DNA of 59,586 nucleotides, the filler included, from Catajapyx aquilonaris (lineage: Eukaryota), in NCBI GenBank assembly GCA_000934665.2. It is 3 parts of 3 records of this genome, joined end to end, with 100 filler letters (N's around TTAATTAATTAA, not from the genome) between each part and the next. Parts side by side here need not be neighbours in the genome. Positions count along the whole stretch, not along the records: positions 19,892 to 39,694 come from KZ539528.1; 2 more parts are not named here. One strand, written 5' to 3'. The position numbers and the translations under genes were made by a program. Positions 24,788 through 37,265 of this stretch are shown in pieces. The notes beneath the pieces were generated by a model that was given only the letters and a program-made list of their open reading frames with translations, made no database searches and had not been told where the DNA came from. Every line of letters begins with the position of its first letter. Within the stretch, counting starts at the first letter, position 1.

Positions 24788-26908
24788 ATGAGCCCCTTGG
24801 GTCGGGCGCTGGCTGTGTGGGCAGCGCTGATGTGCGTGTCGGATCGCGGGCTGCTGGCCTGCCCGGCAGCCTGCACCTGCAAGTGGAAGGGAGGCAAGCA
24901 GACCGTCGAGTGCGTCAATCAAGCACTGCCAGCGCTGCCTGCCAATGTCGATCCCGGCACCCAGGTCCTCGACCTCACCGGAAACAACCTGCAGACCTTG
25001 AGTCGAAATGTCTTCAAGAAGGCGGGATTGGTCAACCTGCAGCGCATTTACCTCTCACGATGCAGGCTGGGCCACGTGGACATTGACGCCTTCGCAGGGC
25101 TTACCAACTTGGTCGAACTCGACCTCAGTGACAACCTCCTAGCAGAGGTGCCTACTGACGCCTTCAAGGACGCCGTGTCTCTGATGAGGCTTACCCTCAG
25201 CAACAACCCTATCAGGAGGTTACGTACCGGCGCATTCCAGGCTTTGGTCTATCTCACCACTCTGGAAATGAGCAACTGCGCTGTCGAGACCATCGAAGAA
25301 GGCACTTTTGATGGTCTAAGGAGTCTGGAATGGCTTAAGCTAGACAGCAACAAGCTGTCCACAGTCAGCGGACCAGGGAGTCTTCCTGACTCATTACATG
25401 GGATTGATCTCCACGATAACCCATGGCACTGCGACTGCCACCTGCTAGACCTCAGGGCATGGCTGGTGCATCACAATATACCATATTCTATTGAACCGAA
25501 GTGCGCGTTTCCTGATCGTTTATCTGGAGAAACAATTAAAGGATTGGAGCTGGACGAATTTGCGTGCTTTCCTGATGTATCTCCGACCACAATGTACCTA
25601 GAAATAGCTGAGGGTAAAAATGTGTCTCTGCTGTGCAAAGTGACCGCGATACCGGAAGCTCGAGTGTCGTGGTGGTTTCAGGGTCGGGTGTTGCACAATA
25701 ACTCAATTCTGGCACCTGGACTTCATCTGTATTACTTCTTAGAGGAAGGTGGTACCCACAAAAGGTCAGAGTTGTTCATCCTAAATACCAGCCGGGAAGA
25801 TAATGGCACGTTCGTGTGCGTAGCCGAAAACCCAGCCGGTCGGGCCCAGAGCAACTATACCATTCGTATCATTGTCAAACAAGAGGATCCACCGCCTGAA
25901 ACGTTCCCGTTCGAGTACGTGGCGGCCATTGGGGCAGCCATTGTTGTGCTGGTAGTCCTGATTTTGGTCGTAGTGATTCTTTTGCTGATCAAGTGTCGAC
26001 GTGAACGTCTCAGGCGCAAGAAACGCGAACGAGGCAAGCCCCTCGCAATGCACCAGGGAACAGATCCCAGGATCGGCAAGTCGGTTAAAAGTGTCCAGGT
26101 CGGCATGTCGGTGTCTCCTGGAGGACTGGTAGTGGGAAGCGTTGCTGGCACCACTGTTGCCATGTTGCCCAAGCCCCACCGACCCAACGGCTCCATGGTG
26201 ACCGTGTGTGAGGATCTACCCAGGTTGGACGACCCTTCAGGCACTGACCCAGATCTGATCAACGACACTGAGAGCAGTGGAGTCAAGGAAAAGAGACGTC
26301 GTTACAATCAGAGGAGGACGCCTAGAGAGGATGGGGATGGCGAAGAGACTGATGGGTCATCAAGACCCGGGTCGTATCGGGAAGCCATGGAAAACGTGAT
26401 TAACGACTATGGTGAAGGTGTGTACGAAGGTGCAGCCGTACCAGCCGATGTCCATCTTCTTCCTAGCCGCTTTCTTGACACTGAAGGCTACCCGTTGGAC
26501 TACGGCCTACCCAAGGGTTATTATCCTCTGGAGGCGATGTACTACCCTGCTTACCCTGAAGGTTTTCCGTATCCTCCCACGAGTGTGTATCCGGCCGAAG
26601 GATGCTACCTGGCTGAAGCGCCCTATGACCTGATGCCCTCCCCACCTGCCCCGTACAAAGGGGATAACTATCTGCCTAGGACCAACAGCAGTGGGTTGCC
26701 ATACCCACCCAATAGCCCACCTCCTTCTGTAGTTGGAGGTAGTGCAGAGATGGAGCCACCTGCGGCACAGGGGCCAGCAAAGGACGCTCAGGGTGATAGT
26801 AACCCGATCAAGAGCAAGGTGGCATTACTGGCGTTGCAGCAAAACCCTATTCACGAAAGTCCTGACGAAGGTTACGAGGATGAAGCCACTGAAGGAACAG
26901 AAATATGA
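24788..26908 (+). CDS. kek2: Kekkon-family LRR-Ig single-pass membrane protein, kek2-like, 706 aa, CDS in one exon
   Basis: Long open frame. ATG at 24788 gives a signal peptide (MSPLGRALAVWAALMC...), followed by an LRRNT (CPAACTCKWKGGKQTVEC), LRRs, an LRRCT (NPWHCDC), an Ig domain (EGKNVSLLC...DNGTFVCVAEN), a TM helix (YVAAIGAAIVVLVVLILVVVILLLI) and a basic stop-transfer segment. The tail has the Kekkon motifs PDL and SPDEGY and ends in the PDZ-binding motif GTEI. DPGTQVL, SLMRLTLSNNPI, LTTLEMSNC and LHGIDLH resemble Drosophila Kek2 more than Kek1 as I recall them. Confidence 0.9.
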   Translation: MSPLGRALAVWAALMCVSDRGLLACPAACTCKWKGGKQTVECVNQALPALPANVDPGTQVLDLTGNNLQTLSRNVFKKAGLVNLQRIYLSRCRLGHVDIDAFAGLTNLVELDLSDNLLAEVPTDAFKDAVSLMRLTLSNNPIRRLRTGAFQALVYLTTLEMSNCAVETIEEGTFDGLRSLEWLKLDSNKLSTVSGPGSLPDSLHGIDLHDNPWHCDCHLLDLRAWLVHHNIPYSIEPKCAFPDRLSGETIKGLELDEFACFPDVSPTTMYLEIAEGKNVSLLCKVTAIPEARVSWWFQGRVLHNNSILAPGLHLYYFLEEGGTHKRSELFILNTSREDNGTFVCVAENPAGRAQSNYTIRIIVKQEDPPPETFPFEYVAAIGAAIVVLVVLILVVVILLLIKCRRERLRRKKRERGKPLAMHQGTDPRIGKSVKSVQVGMSVSPGGLVVGSVAGTTVAMLPKPHRPNGSMVTVCEDLPRLDDPSGTDPDLINDTESSGVKEKRRRYNQRRTPREDGDGEETDGSSRPGSYREAMENVINDYGEGVYEGAAVPADVHLLPSRFLDTEGYPLDYGLPKGYYPLEAMYYPAYPEGFPYPPTSVYPAEGCYLAEAPYDLMPSPPAPYKGDNYLPRTNSSGLPYPPNSPPPSVVGGSAEMEPPAAQGPAKDAQGDSNPIKSKVALLALQQNPIHESPDEGYEDEATEGTEI

Positions 26909-27102
26909 TTATGCCGCGAAAATATAACCCTCTCTTAACGTCATGTGAAAGGTGAGTACAGGAATAATTCAAATGCATTGCAAAGTTATGACCGTTTTGT
27001 TGGGTGCTCTTTTCTTCTTTTGGAAGCCTTTCGAGTGAATCCACAAACCTTACGTAATATTACATATCGACTACATTGATATGTTCCCGTTATTTAGTCA
27101 TT

Positions 27103-27108
27103 AATAAA
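27103..27108 (+). promoter_or_regulatory. Candidate poly(A) signal of kek2
   Basis: AATAAA about 195 nt after the stop codon. Distal sites cannot be excluded. Confidence 0.35.
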
Positions 27109-28514
27109 CAGCATTAATTTACAAAGGAGTTTGACCTGAAAATGTATACGGTATTTTATTATGTAAATTTATTCGATTGTCATCAATACCGGTAGTGAAC
27201 TGTAGGCTCTTGCACAAAATAATAATTGTATGGTATGTCGGGCTTCGGTTTTTATGTTAGAAATACTTTAGGCATTTGTGTTGTTATTACAACACAACCA
27301 TTCACATGTTCACTGTTCACGTTCAAATATCAATACTTTGCGTTGGTCTTATCATGCGAGTATTAACTTGCTTTCAATTGAAAACCTGGTTTGTAGAATG
27401 GTCCGAGTCACATTTTGACTGAAATTGAGTTGATTATTGCGTAGTAAAAGTTATAGGCCTACTTCGAGGAGTACTTTCTGATTGTCAAGTCACTCTCCTA
27501 CGTATTAGAGCAATTAATCATAACCTACATAAATAACATTCAAACTGAAAACTCTCATATCTCGAAATCATTCAAATGTGATTATGAGCGTTCTGCACTG
27601 CAGGTCTTGAAATAATATTACCTATTGCATGTGAATCGCAAATCAAGACGCCTGAATTAGGCAATTTGAGAAATAATAATTGCCCAATACTGAAGGAGAT
27701 TTTGTGTAGACATTAACTCTTCAGTATGACAGATTCAAATCTGCTTGTTTGCAAATATATTTAATCACGTGATTTATGTTCCTTACGTATCTCGTTTTGG
27801 GTAACTAAAAATAAGTGTGTCAAAACTTCGCGCACAATAATGAGCAAACCAAAAATGCATGACGGTCCAAAATACAATAACGTATCAAAAAGAGGAGGAA
27901 GTTATATCTCAAATCCAACTTGAAATTTAAAAAGAAAAATTCAAAGTCCTAAATCCCGTTCTTCCTGTGTGAAAGTGCAATAATTCGTCAACAATTCCAT
28001 CGACAGACTTATATTACACCAGAAAATTAATTCGGACATCAATAATTCAAAGAGAGAAGAGAACCCAAAACCCTAGTACGTTTACCTGTATGTAAATGTC
28101 CAATATTTAATTGAGCAATCTGAGGACACTTGATGAAAAGTGATGGCAGAAAAGTGAAGATTAGAAAACTGTTTTAATCGTGTTAAGTTTAGTGCATGGT
28201 TGTGACCCAAACTACAGTTGACTAGATTTACACCTACCCCATGACACCGACATCCAAACCTATTTCTTTGTCAAAAAAGACGGTCTCCATAAAAAAAGAG
28301 AAAACAGCCGAATGAAAAGTATTTATACAGTAGATTCTTTTATCGTAGAGCAAGAATTATTGTCGTAAAACCTACTGTTACCCAAAAGCAATGTTTTGCA
28401 AAGAAACACGCTCCCTCTCCCCTTTCCCTTTCCTCCCCAAAAAACTGCGTCTTCAACCCCCCCACTTTTCTATTCCGCAAAAAAAAAAAAAACTCACAAA
28501 ATCTAGCAGTTAAT

Positions 28515-29645
28515 ATGGCGAGGCGTTTTATTACAAACCCATGAAATTTTGATATTGGAAATTAATTTTCGATATCCGAAATTCATTTGCGGGTATCAGA
28601 AATTCATTAATGATATCGAATTTTTAAAAATCGAAAATAATTACTTGATCGATGAAATACTGTATATTCTCGATATCAAACAGGAATAATGATATCGAAA
28701 AATGGTTTGTGATATCGGGATATGCGCCACAAATGTGGATACCACCAAAAGGCAGAAGGTTGCGAGATCTCTTCAGGGACGTCCGTTTGGACAGTGTCGA
28801 TTATCATGGCGCTGATTATTTGTAAAGGTTACGTTGGAAGCTAGAGGCAAGTTACAATAATTTTCTCAGATACACTTGAAACTATATTAGGATGATATTC
28901 TCATTCTTTGGCATTCACTATTCAACTCTGAGCGAATTCACATCCCATCTGGAGGCGACTTATCAAGAAAACTATGCGTCGAAATAAGAAAGGACCATTC
29001 TTCTGGTGTTACCAGTGAGTGACTTAGTTTTTATAAGGTGAGCAGTATGTCCTTGACGTTTTCTTTGGATATTCTCAGACCAGAGTAGGCCCTACTCTGC
29101 ACAAGTTTTTGGCCTAAGAAGGCTGTGAGAAGACTGCGTTTGGTGACATCAACATACGAATAATGATACCCTGGTAATCCCTCCGCTATTTACAACACAT
29201 ATTACATACGGGAAGTCACCAGGAGTAGGTAAAAATAATTTAACAGTACAGTACATAATGTTGTATGCTAACTGTCCCTTATACTGTACAGTACTTGCTC
29301 ATTGTGCGGGACTTGCTGACTATCATGTAAGCGGGAACTCCAGTAATCCTAAATCTTACAAGTCAAATTCAAAAATTTGTTTGGTTGTCAATATCAAGAA
29401 ATCAATTTCCGATATCCAAAGAAATCATTATTCAGATATAATATTTCTGAAAGCAAAATAAAATGTTTGGATATCAAAAATTTTTAATCTTGTGTGATAT
29501 AACTATTATTGTATAATATAATTTATAATAGGTTTACCTGTCCTACCACAGACCACCCCTTTCAAGGGCAATGTCGTGATGTTATTGGTAATATTCAATA
29601 AATCAATATCAAAAAATCATGGGTCTGAAATGAAACGGCTCGCTT
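28515..29645. mobile_element. Degenerate TIR element with GATATC-rich subterminal repeats
   Basis: gcgaggcgttttattacaaacccatgaaattttgatattg is mirrored by caatatcaaaaaatcatgggtctgaaatgaaacggctcgc. Confidence 0.55.
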
Positions 29646-31744
29646 TAAGGTGAGCTGGTGTCACAATTGTACAAAGAAACAGTGTTGCTATATCTTTGGT
29701 AATAAAAATGAAATGACATGGAAACCCTAAAATTATTTATTTGTCGCCAATACCCCATTTTCAAGATTTTATAATATAATATTACCTTAAGTTCTATTTG
29801 CAAACTCACAGTTTCTACTTTGGTTTAATGAGATGGCTTCAAGAGAAGATGTTTATTGTAAAAGCAGGGAACATGTTCTCCAAATTCAACGGACAAAATT
29901 TCTCTGATGTTACCGTCACAATGCAGAAGAACTATTAATCCCGTGTTTGAGTACTCGGAGTAAACTGCCCCAACCGTAACTCATGGGAAGGACATTGTCT
30001 GCAGCGTCACTTTTAATTATGCTCTACTATCTTGTGCATCTGACATTATGTGTACCTATATTTTGACCTGGAAGCACTACAACATGGTCGGAAAGTTTCT
30101 CCCCTAACTTAGAGGATGCTGGTACGTATTTATTATTTTGTTATTACGGTGAGTATTTTGAAAACGATAAATGAGATACTGAGGATTTTATGCAATTCCT
30201 CTAAAAATGAACAATCTCATTATTTTAAGAGCCCATTTCGCAGGCTAGAAATTAGAAGTGGTGAAACTGAGGTCCAAAAAAACACTGCGTTAGGCACGTC
30301 AGATTGCGGTACATAACAGTTTAAGTTGCTTCAGGTGGGTTAATACACTTGCCAGAAAATATAAGTCATGATTTCATTAATTTGGAATAATTTTTATACC
30401 GTAAGGTAAACCAAACTGTCCCCCCTGAAGCCTTCTACAACCACACGTGGCTCTCAATCAACCGTCTATACTAGAACCGGGAAATTATTCTTATATTACA
30501 TGATACTGTATTAACATTATTACACATAACATGTAACTACACTATATATACTTGTGGTGTGGCCAAAACATCAAAAAATTGCCTAAATGATCAATATTTG
30601 TAAGATGTCACAACAACTTCTTTAGGCTCATGTGCGTCACAATTATTTAATTTCAGAATGACCACAGAGGTGCTTCCTTCTTCTTCTGTAGCCATTGAGA
30701 TGGGTATGGTAAATCACTACGGTACCTGTGTGGGGATGTGTCTGGACTACACTTAGCGGTTCAGTAGTAGGCGTAACATCTGACACACAGGAGCAATTTC
30801 ACTGTTCAGTCGGCACATGAAACACAAGAATCATGTAGCAATATTCAAGTTTGTCACAGTCAATGTTTGTGCTCCTTGGACATGTTTCTCCTGTAGACCT
30901 ATACTAATGTGATATGAGCTCAGGGATGAGTGACTCCACATTCACTCAAGTAGTAACACACGATGCACTTGTGGCTGCTACAGAGAGGTCATAAAATCTT
31001 TTAGGAGTGTACCCGGCAAGGTACATGTTTTGTTTTTATAGCACAAAAAAATTGTAACATTTAATTGCTAAATTTGGCAACATGGCGAAAAAGTGCACTA
31101 ACATTACCCAAAGTTAATGTTCTCAGAGAATTAAACAGTTTGAACCAATTTATTCGTAACACTGGTATTAGAAAAAGAAACAAATCATGTTGTCTTCATG
31201 TACTTTTTGTTTGTCTTGTATTGTCATGAGTAACACCAAAATCAGTACGTAAAAAACACTAGCCTCATCGATCACCAAGCCAAGCATTGAAAACACAAAT
31301 TGACTGAAACTTCACCATTCCGTCCACCACTAAACCTTCAAACTTTTCTCATATGCAACTTCCAACAGGCGCCACTTTGGTCCCTCCCCCCACACAAAAA
31401 GAACCTGCTGGAAAATAGTACAAAAGCACCGAAAAAAATCGGCGGCTGGAGATACGCTTTCATTAGAGCTCCGTCATTAACTTGTGCTATATGAAGTTTC
31501 TGGGGCGGCCTTTATTATCGTGCTCCGCAGAATTTTAACCCAATATCCGGGCCACTTTGCTCCAGCTAGGAAGAGCCAAATACTGTACCGTATCTGAATG
31601 TTTCAAGTGACGCTAATATTCAACATTATGCTTCAAGATACTGTCAATATTCACCGACATTGAACGATAATTTGGAAGCAACTAAATTCATTTCAAAATT
31701 CACTGGAATAAGTTTTAAGTAGCTCAAATGTTATGCATCTGTAA

Positions 31745-33117
31745 GGCTCAAACCCAGAAAACGGCCATTGGGAGAAAAAAACCCGTCCATTCTGCAGAAT
31801 GCTCCATGGCTGCAGTCCATTCTGCAGAATGGATGGAGCAATTTGCAGAATGCTCTATGTCAAACCGTCCATTCTGCAGAATGCTCCTTTTCGAACCATC
31901 CATTCTGCTGAATGGCAGAACGGCCAGACCCCGAAATGCTCTTTTAAAAATGCCAGAACGCTTTCATGGGCTAAACTTAAAGGTCAGGACGCCAATTTCG
32001 TGTCGGGATGGCTGGTTTAGAAGACGCCCATAACTCGTTGTGGCAGTTTCCTGTTTCCCACTATGCCATGTAGATGCTGGAAATAAATCACCCTATTGTT
32101 GTTTGGCAAATGGTTGAAATACGTAACATTTGATGACGATGTTTATTTGCCAGGAACTACAGTATTACCTTCATCAGAAGAGGATTCCAATGACCCCTAG
32201 GTCTACTTGTGTCTTTTTGAGATTTGAGTTTTTGTTGTCAGCATAAAGTATATTGTGAACTTATAATTATGGATTTGGAAAAATCCTCCGATTTCCGTGC
32301 TTGGTGTATCTGACCTCAAGAGGAGGTGGGGAGTACCATAAGCTACCAATCGATGTCCTCATCTAATTTTTCTTGAAAATGGACTTACGGGACCAAAGAA
32401 GGAATTTCAGAGAGGCTGTATGCTCGCAATGAGTTCACACCTGCTGATTCCAATGTTATATATCTGAACAAAGTTCTTTCCACCAGTTCTGTATCTCTTC
32501 GATCGGCTTCAACTTTTAAGTTCAGGTAGTAAGCAGGGATTCGTAAGTTACAGTTGCAAAAAGTACTTCACTGATAAGAAATGTAAATGTCGATCAAGCA
32601 ATATTCAGTCAAATTCTAAGGGTCATTCTAACAGTGCCTGCAAGAACAAGTAATAGACTAATAATAATTGAAGGATAACAGTATGTTCCTGGAAGTACTA
32701 GTAATAATGGTAATAAATATTTGGAGGTAATAGTTCCTGGAAAATAAACAGCATCATCAAATGTTAAGTATTTCACCCATTTGCCAAACAACAATAGGGT
32801 GATTTATTTCCAGAATCTACATGGCATAATGGGAAACAAGGAACTGCCACAACGAGTTGTGGGCGTCTTCTAAACCAGCCATCCCGACGAGCCTAGGAAA
32901 GCGTTCTGGCATTTTAAAAAGAGTATTTCGGGGTCTGGCCGTCCATTCTGCAGAATGGATGGTTATGATCGTTCTGCAAAATGGACGGTTTGACATAGGG
33001 CATTCTGCAGAATGTATGGTTTGACATGGAGCATTCTGCAGAATGTATGGTTTGACATGGAGCATTCTGCAGAATGGACTGTTTTTTCGCCCAATGGCCG
33101 TTTTCGGGGTTTGAGCC
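31745..33117. mobile_element. PIF/Harbinger-type non-autonomous element with about 400-bp TIRs
   Basis: Ends GGCTCAAACCC/GGGTTTGAGCC, TSD TAA, and arrays of the palindrome CATTCTGCAGAATG in both arms. Confidence 0.85.
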
Positions 33118-35656
33118 TAACACATTTACTTGAAAAAATCCAAGTTATAATTCCTTATGAAAATAAAATAATCTACAAGTACATTACTTATCAAAAATGT
33201 GAGTCTCATTCTGGCTGCTCTACATACATTTTAATGTCACAAAATGCAATTACGAGCCAATTTGGCAAATTTAAAATATTTGGCATTTATTTTACACTAG
33301 GCAGGATACAGTTAACAAAATAACTCAGTAACTTTGGCGCAAATTGTCCTCACCCCAATAAATTCAATGTTGTTTAGAAAATTGAGTTAGCATTATGTGC
33401 ACTCCAGCTCATAATATCAGGCTTTGAGAGTTACCGGTGTAATGTGAAGGATAGGACATAATTCACTTTCCATGTGAACTGTTTATTTAATTGCTCGAGC
33501 TTGCAGTAATTTCATCATAAAAGTGCGGCTTGTAATTTCGCTATCAAACCACAATTTGATAGTCTGAATTTGACTGCACCAATGCACACAAATGACACTA
33601 GAGAAAATAAATGTCAGTTTCCAAATCAGTGTCAAGCGCTCAAATTGCCAAATAATCCCTTGTTACAACACTTATCTTCATTCCTGGTTTTCGGGACAAA
33701 CAATCCCAACAGAACTCCAGTTATATTGTTGAGATTACTGGGCAATTCCATTTCCGCTACGTAGGCCAGGGGCTAATTCAGCCCATTAGGCCGGGAGACT
33801 GTGATTGTGAGCTTTTTCTCTTCCAACAGGGGAAAAAAGGAGCGTCGGACATGGGTTGGGGATTGAGAAAAGCTGACGCTGCCGCGTCTTGGCGCGCCTA
33901 GATGGATGCTCTACTTTCCCTTCCCCATCCCCTAACCTCCTCCCCCCTGCAGATCGATCATCTCTCTTTTGCCCCACCATATATACACTTCTCTCCCATC
34001 CCCTTTCCCTGCGTCGCCCAAGAACTAACCTCATCCACTTGTCCTCTTTTTGCCCGGACGACACTAAACCTTCTCAATCCTTCGTTCGGCCCAGATGCGT
34101 TAGGGGGTGGATGGAGGAAGGGGTTGGCCTAGTGCCTGGCCTACTCTCCTTGATGAATCTTCGATACCATTCCAGGAATCAATCCTAGCAGGGGGGCTAG
34201 GGGTTTAGGCCCGCAGACCTACTTCCAACTGGACGGGATTGCCTTTAGTTCGGATTTTCAGGCTTAAGAGTGAGATTCTTCTAGGTGCTGCATCATGTTT
34301 CCTTCCTTGCGGACAAGTGGCTTGCGATCAAGGTGAGTTTGGAGGTAAGGCTCAGATCATTCCTCTGGGGGTTGTCCACTACGCTAAATTATTTCTGGTG
34401 GAGATTCGAGAGTGGAAAATTCATGGGCAGGATCAATAAATCTGCAATATTCAGTTACCCTTAAAAGAAGTCCCCGGGGATTTAGGATTTATTATTCATC
34501 TCTATGGTAACGCATCGTCTCAAGACTATAAAGACCGTTGCAGAAACTCCGCATGGCCGGTGCGATGCGGATTTTGCCTCGTCCGCAATTAACAAGGCGC
34601 TGCTAGCGACGAGGTTACGTCTGGGCTTATGGACTTTTTGTGGCTATGAAGCGTGCTGAGGGATGTTAGAAGGAAATATCTTTATGCCAGACTTCAGGGC
34701 CCTGCTTCTAATCCTCACATTTTTATGCGTCAAATCCGCATCATAGATTGCAAACCGATCAATCCTTCTCAAGTTGACGGGATTCAAATCAATTACAGCA
34801 ATTATCATTATTATTATTATTAAAGGGATAGAACTGGGACGGAAATGAATAGTTAACACCCCATGCTCGTAACGCCTAATCCCCTGCCAGTGTGAGGTGC
34901 GTTTCTCACGATCTCTACCTACTCTAGCCTGCTGCTTATTTTACTTGAAAAAAGATTGGCTCATAACCATAATCCCACTCAGTGGATAATGCGAGCAAAG
35001 TGTCTAATATATACGTATTTTAACTCCGATACTCATTTGATGCGGTTCGGTTTTTTACTAATACTGCCGGAATGAAATATAAACAATGGTTAATGAGCCT
35101 GAGGATTTTCATTTGTTGGCTCTCTTTTCATAAGGAAATACGTTGCTTGAGAATATTAACAAGCCATATTAGGCGAGGAATGATAATGTGCGAAGAACAA
35201 CATGCGTGCACTTTGCACAACAACTCTGCATGCTTACCTGTCCCCATTTAATCTTTATTGATTGAGGAGGCTTTCTTAAGTATGAAAAACATTCATCTAA
35301 TAGTCGCAAATATACCATTTCACGGGAGATAAATGTTTAGGAAAACCGACTACCATTTAGAATCCAATTAAAAGAAGACATTGTCAAAAATCAGGGACTC
35401 CATATGGCAATTCCCTTAATTCAAAATTATCTACGAAAAGGAGTTTCTCATTGTTATAACTTCTGTTCTGTTCACGAGTCCTTAGATCCTTGAAAGAAGA
35501 TATACCGTATACTTTGGATTTTGGAATGAGGAAGAATTTGACAAATCTAGAGGGGACCTAAGGAATACTAAATCATAACCACTTTGGACTTTCGTAATGG
35601 ATGACTGCTGCAATTTCCCCTCTCAATATATTATCCAGCACCTCTATAATATTATA

Positions 35657-36029
35657 CACGGTGGTCACGAATTCGTCTGACCAAAAGATATGGGTGGTGC
35701 ATAATGTGGAGCCCGAAAGGTCGGCGACGATGTTGACGTCGATGATGACCATCCTTACAAGTATGGATACCACCGCACATGCCTGCATTTCTGGTTGCCG
35801 GAGTCAGGCGGTTGAGCAACGGTCTGGGAGTACGAGCACCTGACCCCGGCCACTAGCAATGCAAATATGCACGGGCGTATCCATACTTGTCAAGATAGAC
35901 ATTGTTGATGTCAAAGGTCGACATCTCCAAAACAGATCGTCGCCGATCTTTCTGACCCATGCCATGCCTCTTCCATACTCACTACCTATCACCTGTATCA
36001 TATTGGTAGAATAATTCGTGACCACCCTG
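35657..36029. mobile_element. Tc1/mariner-type MITE
   Basis: TA-CACGGTGGTCACGAATT ... AATTCGTGACCACCCTG-TA, with internal inverted similarity. Confidence 0.75.
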
Positions 36030-37126
36030 TATATTCTTTAAGTCTGCGAAGTTTACAACACAGCGTAATAATTAAAGTTTCCATCTACTGCCACACCAGC
36101 TATGCCTTCCTGAGTTTTCAGGGAACATGATAATATATCTTTCCTAAACCCGACGCACTGCACGTTTAGAGTACGAAAAAGGACATGAAACTGTTAGAAA
36201 TCGCATGATTGCCTGCACCAACGTCGCTCAAAAGTCGCGCCGGATTGGTACAATCGTCCCATGCGATTTTTTTTCTACCAATGTCAGTTCTCAGCAGTCA
36301 GCTTTGTGTCAAGCTCGAAATGTGCTTTTCATTGACATCTGACAGAAAAATTGACGCCAGCATCATTTGGTCCAGTCAGCTGCAGCGCGCTGTTGGATCA
36401 GTGTCTCACTGAATTACTCCCAAAAATATCACGGTTATTACTCACGCCGATAATTTGAGATACATGCTTGTGAAGCGGGACTATGGCCATTTTGAACTAT
36501 TTCTGTTCCAATGAGTGCTATTTTTTTAAAAGGTTAATAATTGTTTCTTTTTTGAGGTGTGGTATGCCATTAATCCCAATTCGTGCGCTTTAAAAACACA
36601 TTTATTTTGGCTTTAAAATTTGCTACATGGTTTTATATCCTGAATATGAGCTTTTACAAGGCGGCGATTGATCCTTTCCAAAGCCTACCAGGTCCACGAA
36701 TTATATTCCAGTGCAAATTATAGGAGAAGTGCTTCTTTCCTTTCCACGTCAAAGAAAACTGAGAAATATTACTAACGAGCCCGGATCCGACTCATTGCAT
36801 GATCCTTGCATCTCCTCCGAAACTACAACCGTAACAAAAGTTGCTCAATTAGTCTGAATTAATAGGAAGCTCCGCTCAAACTTTTCTCTTTCATTTTCAT
36901 CCCAGAATTCTCCTCCATGGATTCGGCGCAGTTGATATGGATTACGAGAAAACTCGACTATAATCAAGGGAGTATTCTGTTTAATTGTAATTATTAGCTT
37001 CACCGTTATAACTTACAGCGCAATTACATTACACCCTCTAGCGATTCCCTTTATTCCGGCCTTCTTTTATTACATTATTTTACATGGTAAAAAACATGGA
37101 AGTCCCAGAAGAAAAGTTTTGCACAG

Positions 37127-37265
37127 GTACTATCGGGTTGAAATACTTTTGTCCACTTTATCCTGGTCTTGAAGCAACCCTTCGCACAGACCCCACGTGT
37201 GAGTGTGTGAAGGGTTGCTTAAAGACCAGGATAAAGTGGCCAAAAGTATTTGAACCCGATAGTAC
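37127..37265. mobile_element. Palindromic hairpin MITE
   Basis: About 60-bp near-perfect arms, gtactatcgggtt.../...aacccgatagtac. Confidence 0.7.

Noticed and set aside
25781..26286. Antisense ORFs of 132 and 143 aa within kek2
   Set aside because: Expected shadow ORFs of a GC-rich CDS, with no recognisable motifs.
31785..31920. CRISPR-like repeat-spacer pattern (CATTCTGCAGAATG)
   Set aside because: Eukaryotic context, short and related spacers, mirrored in the opposite TIR, and no cas genes.
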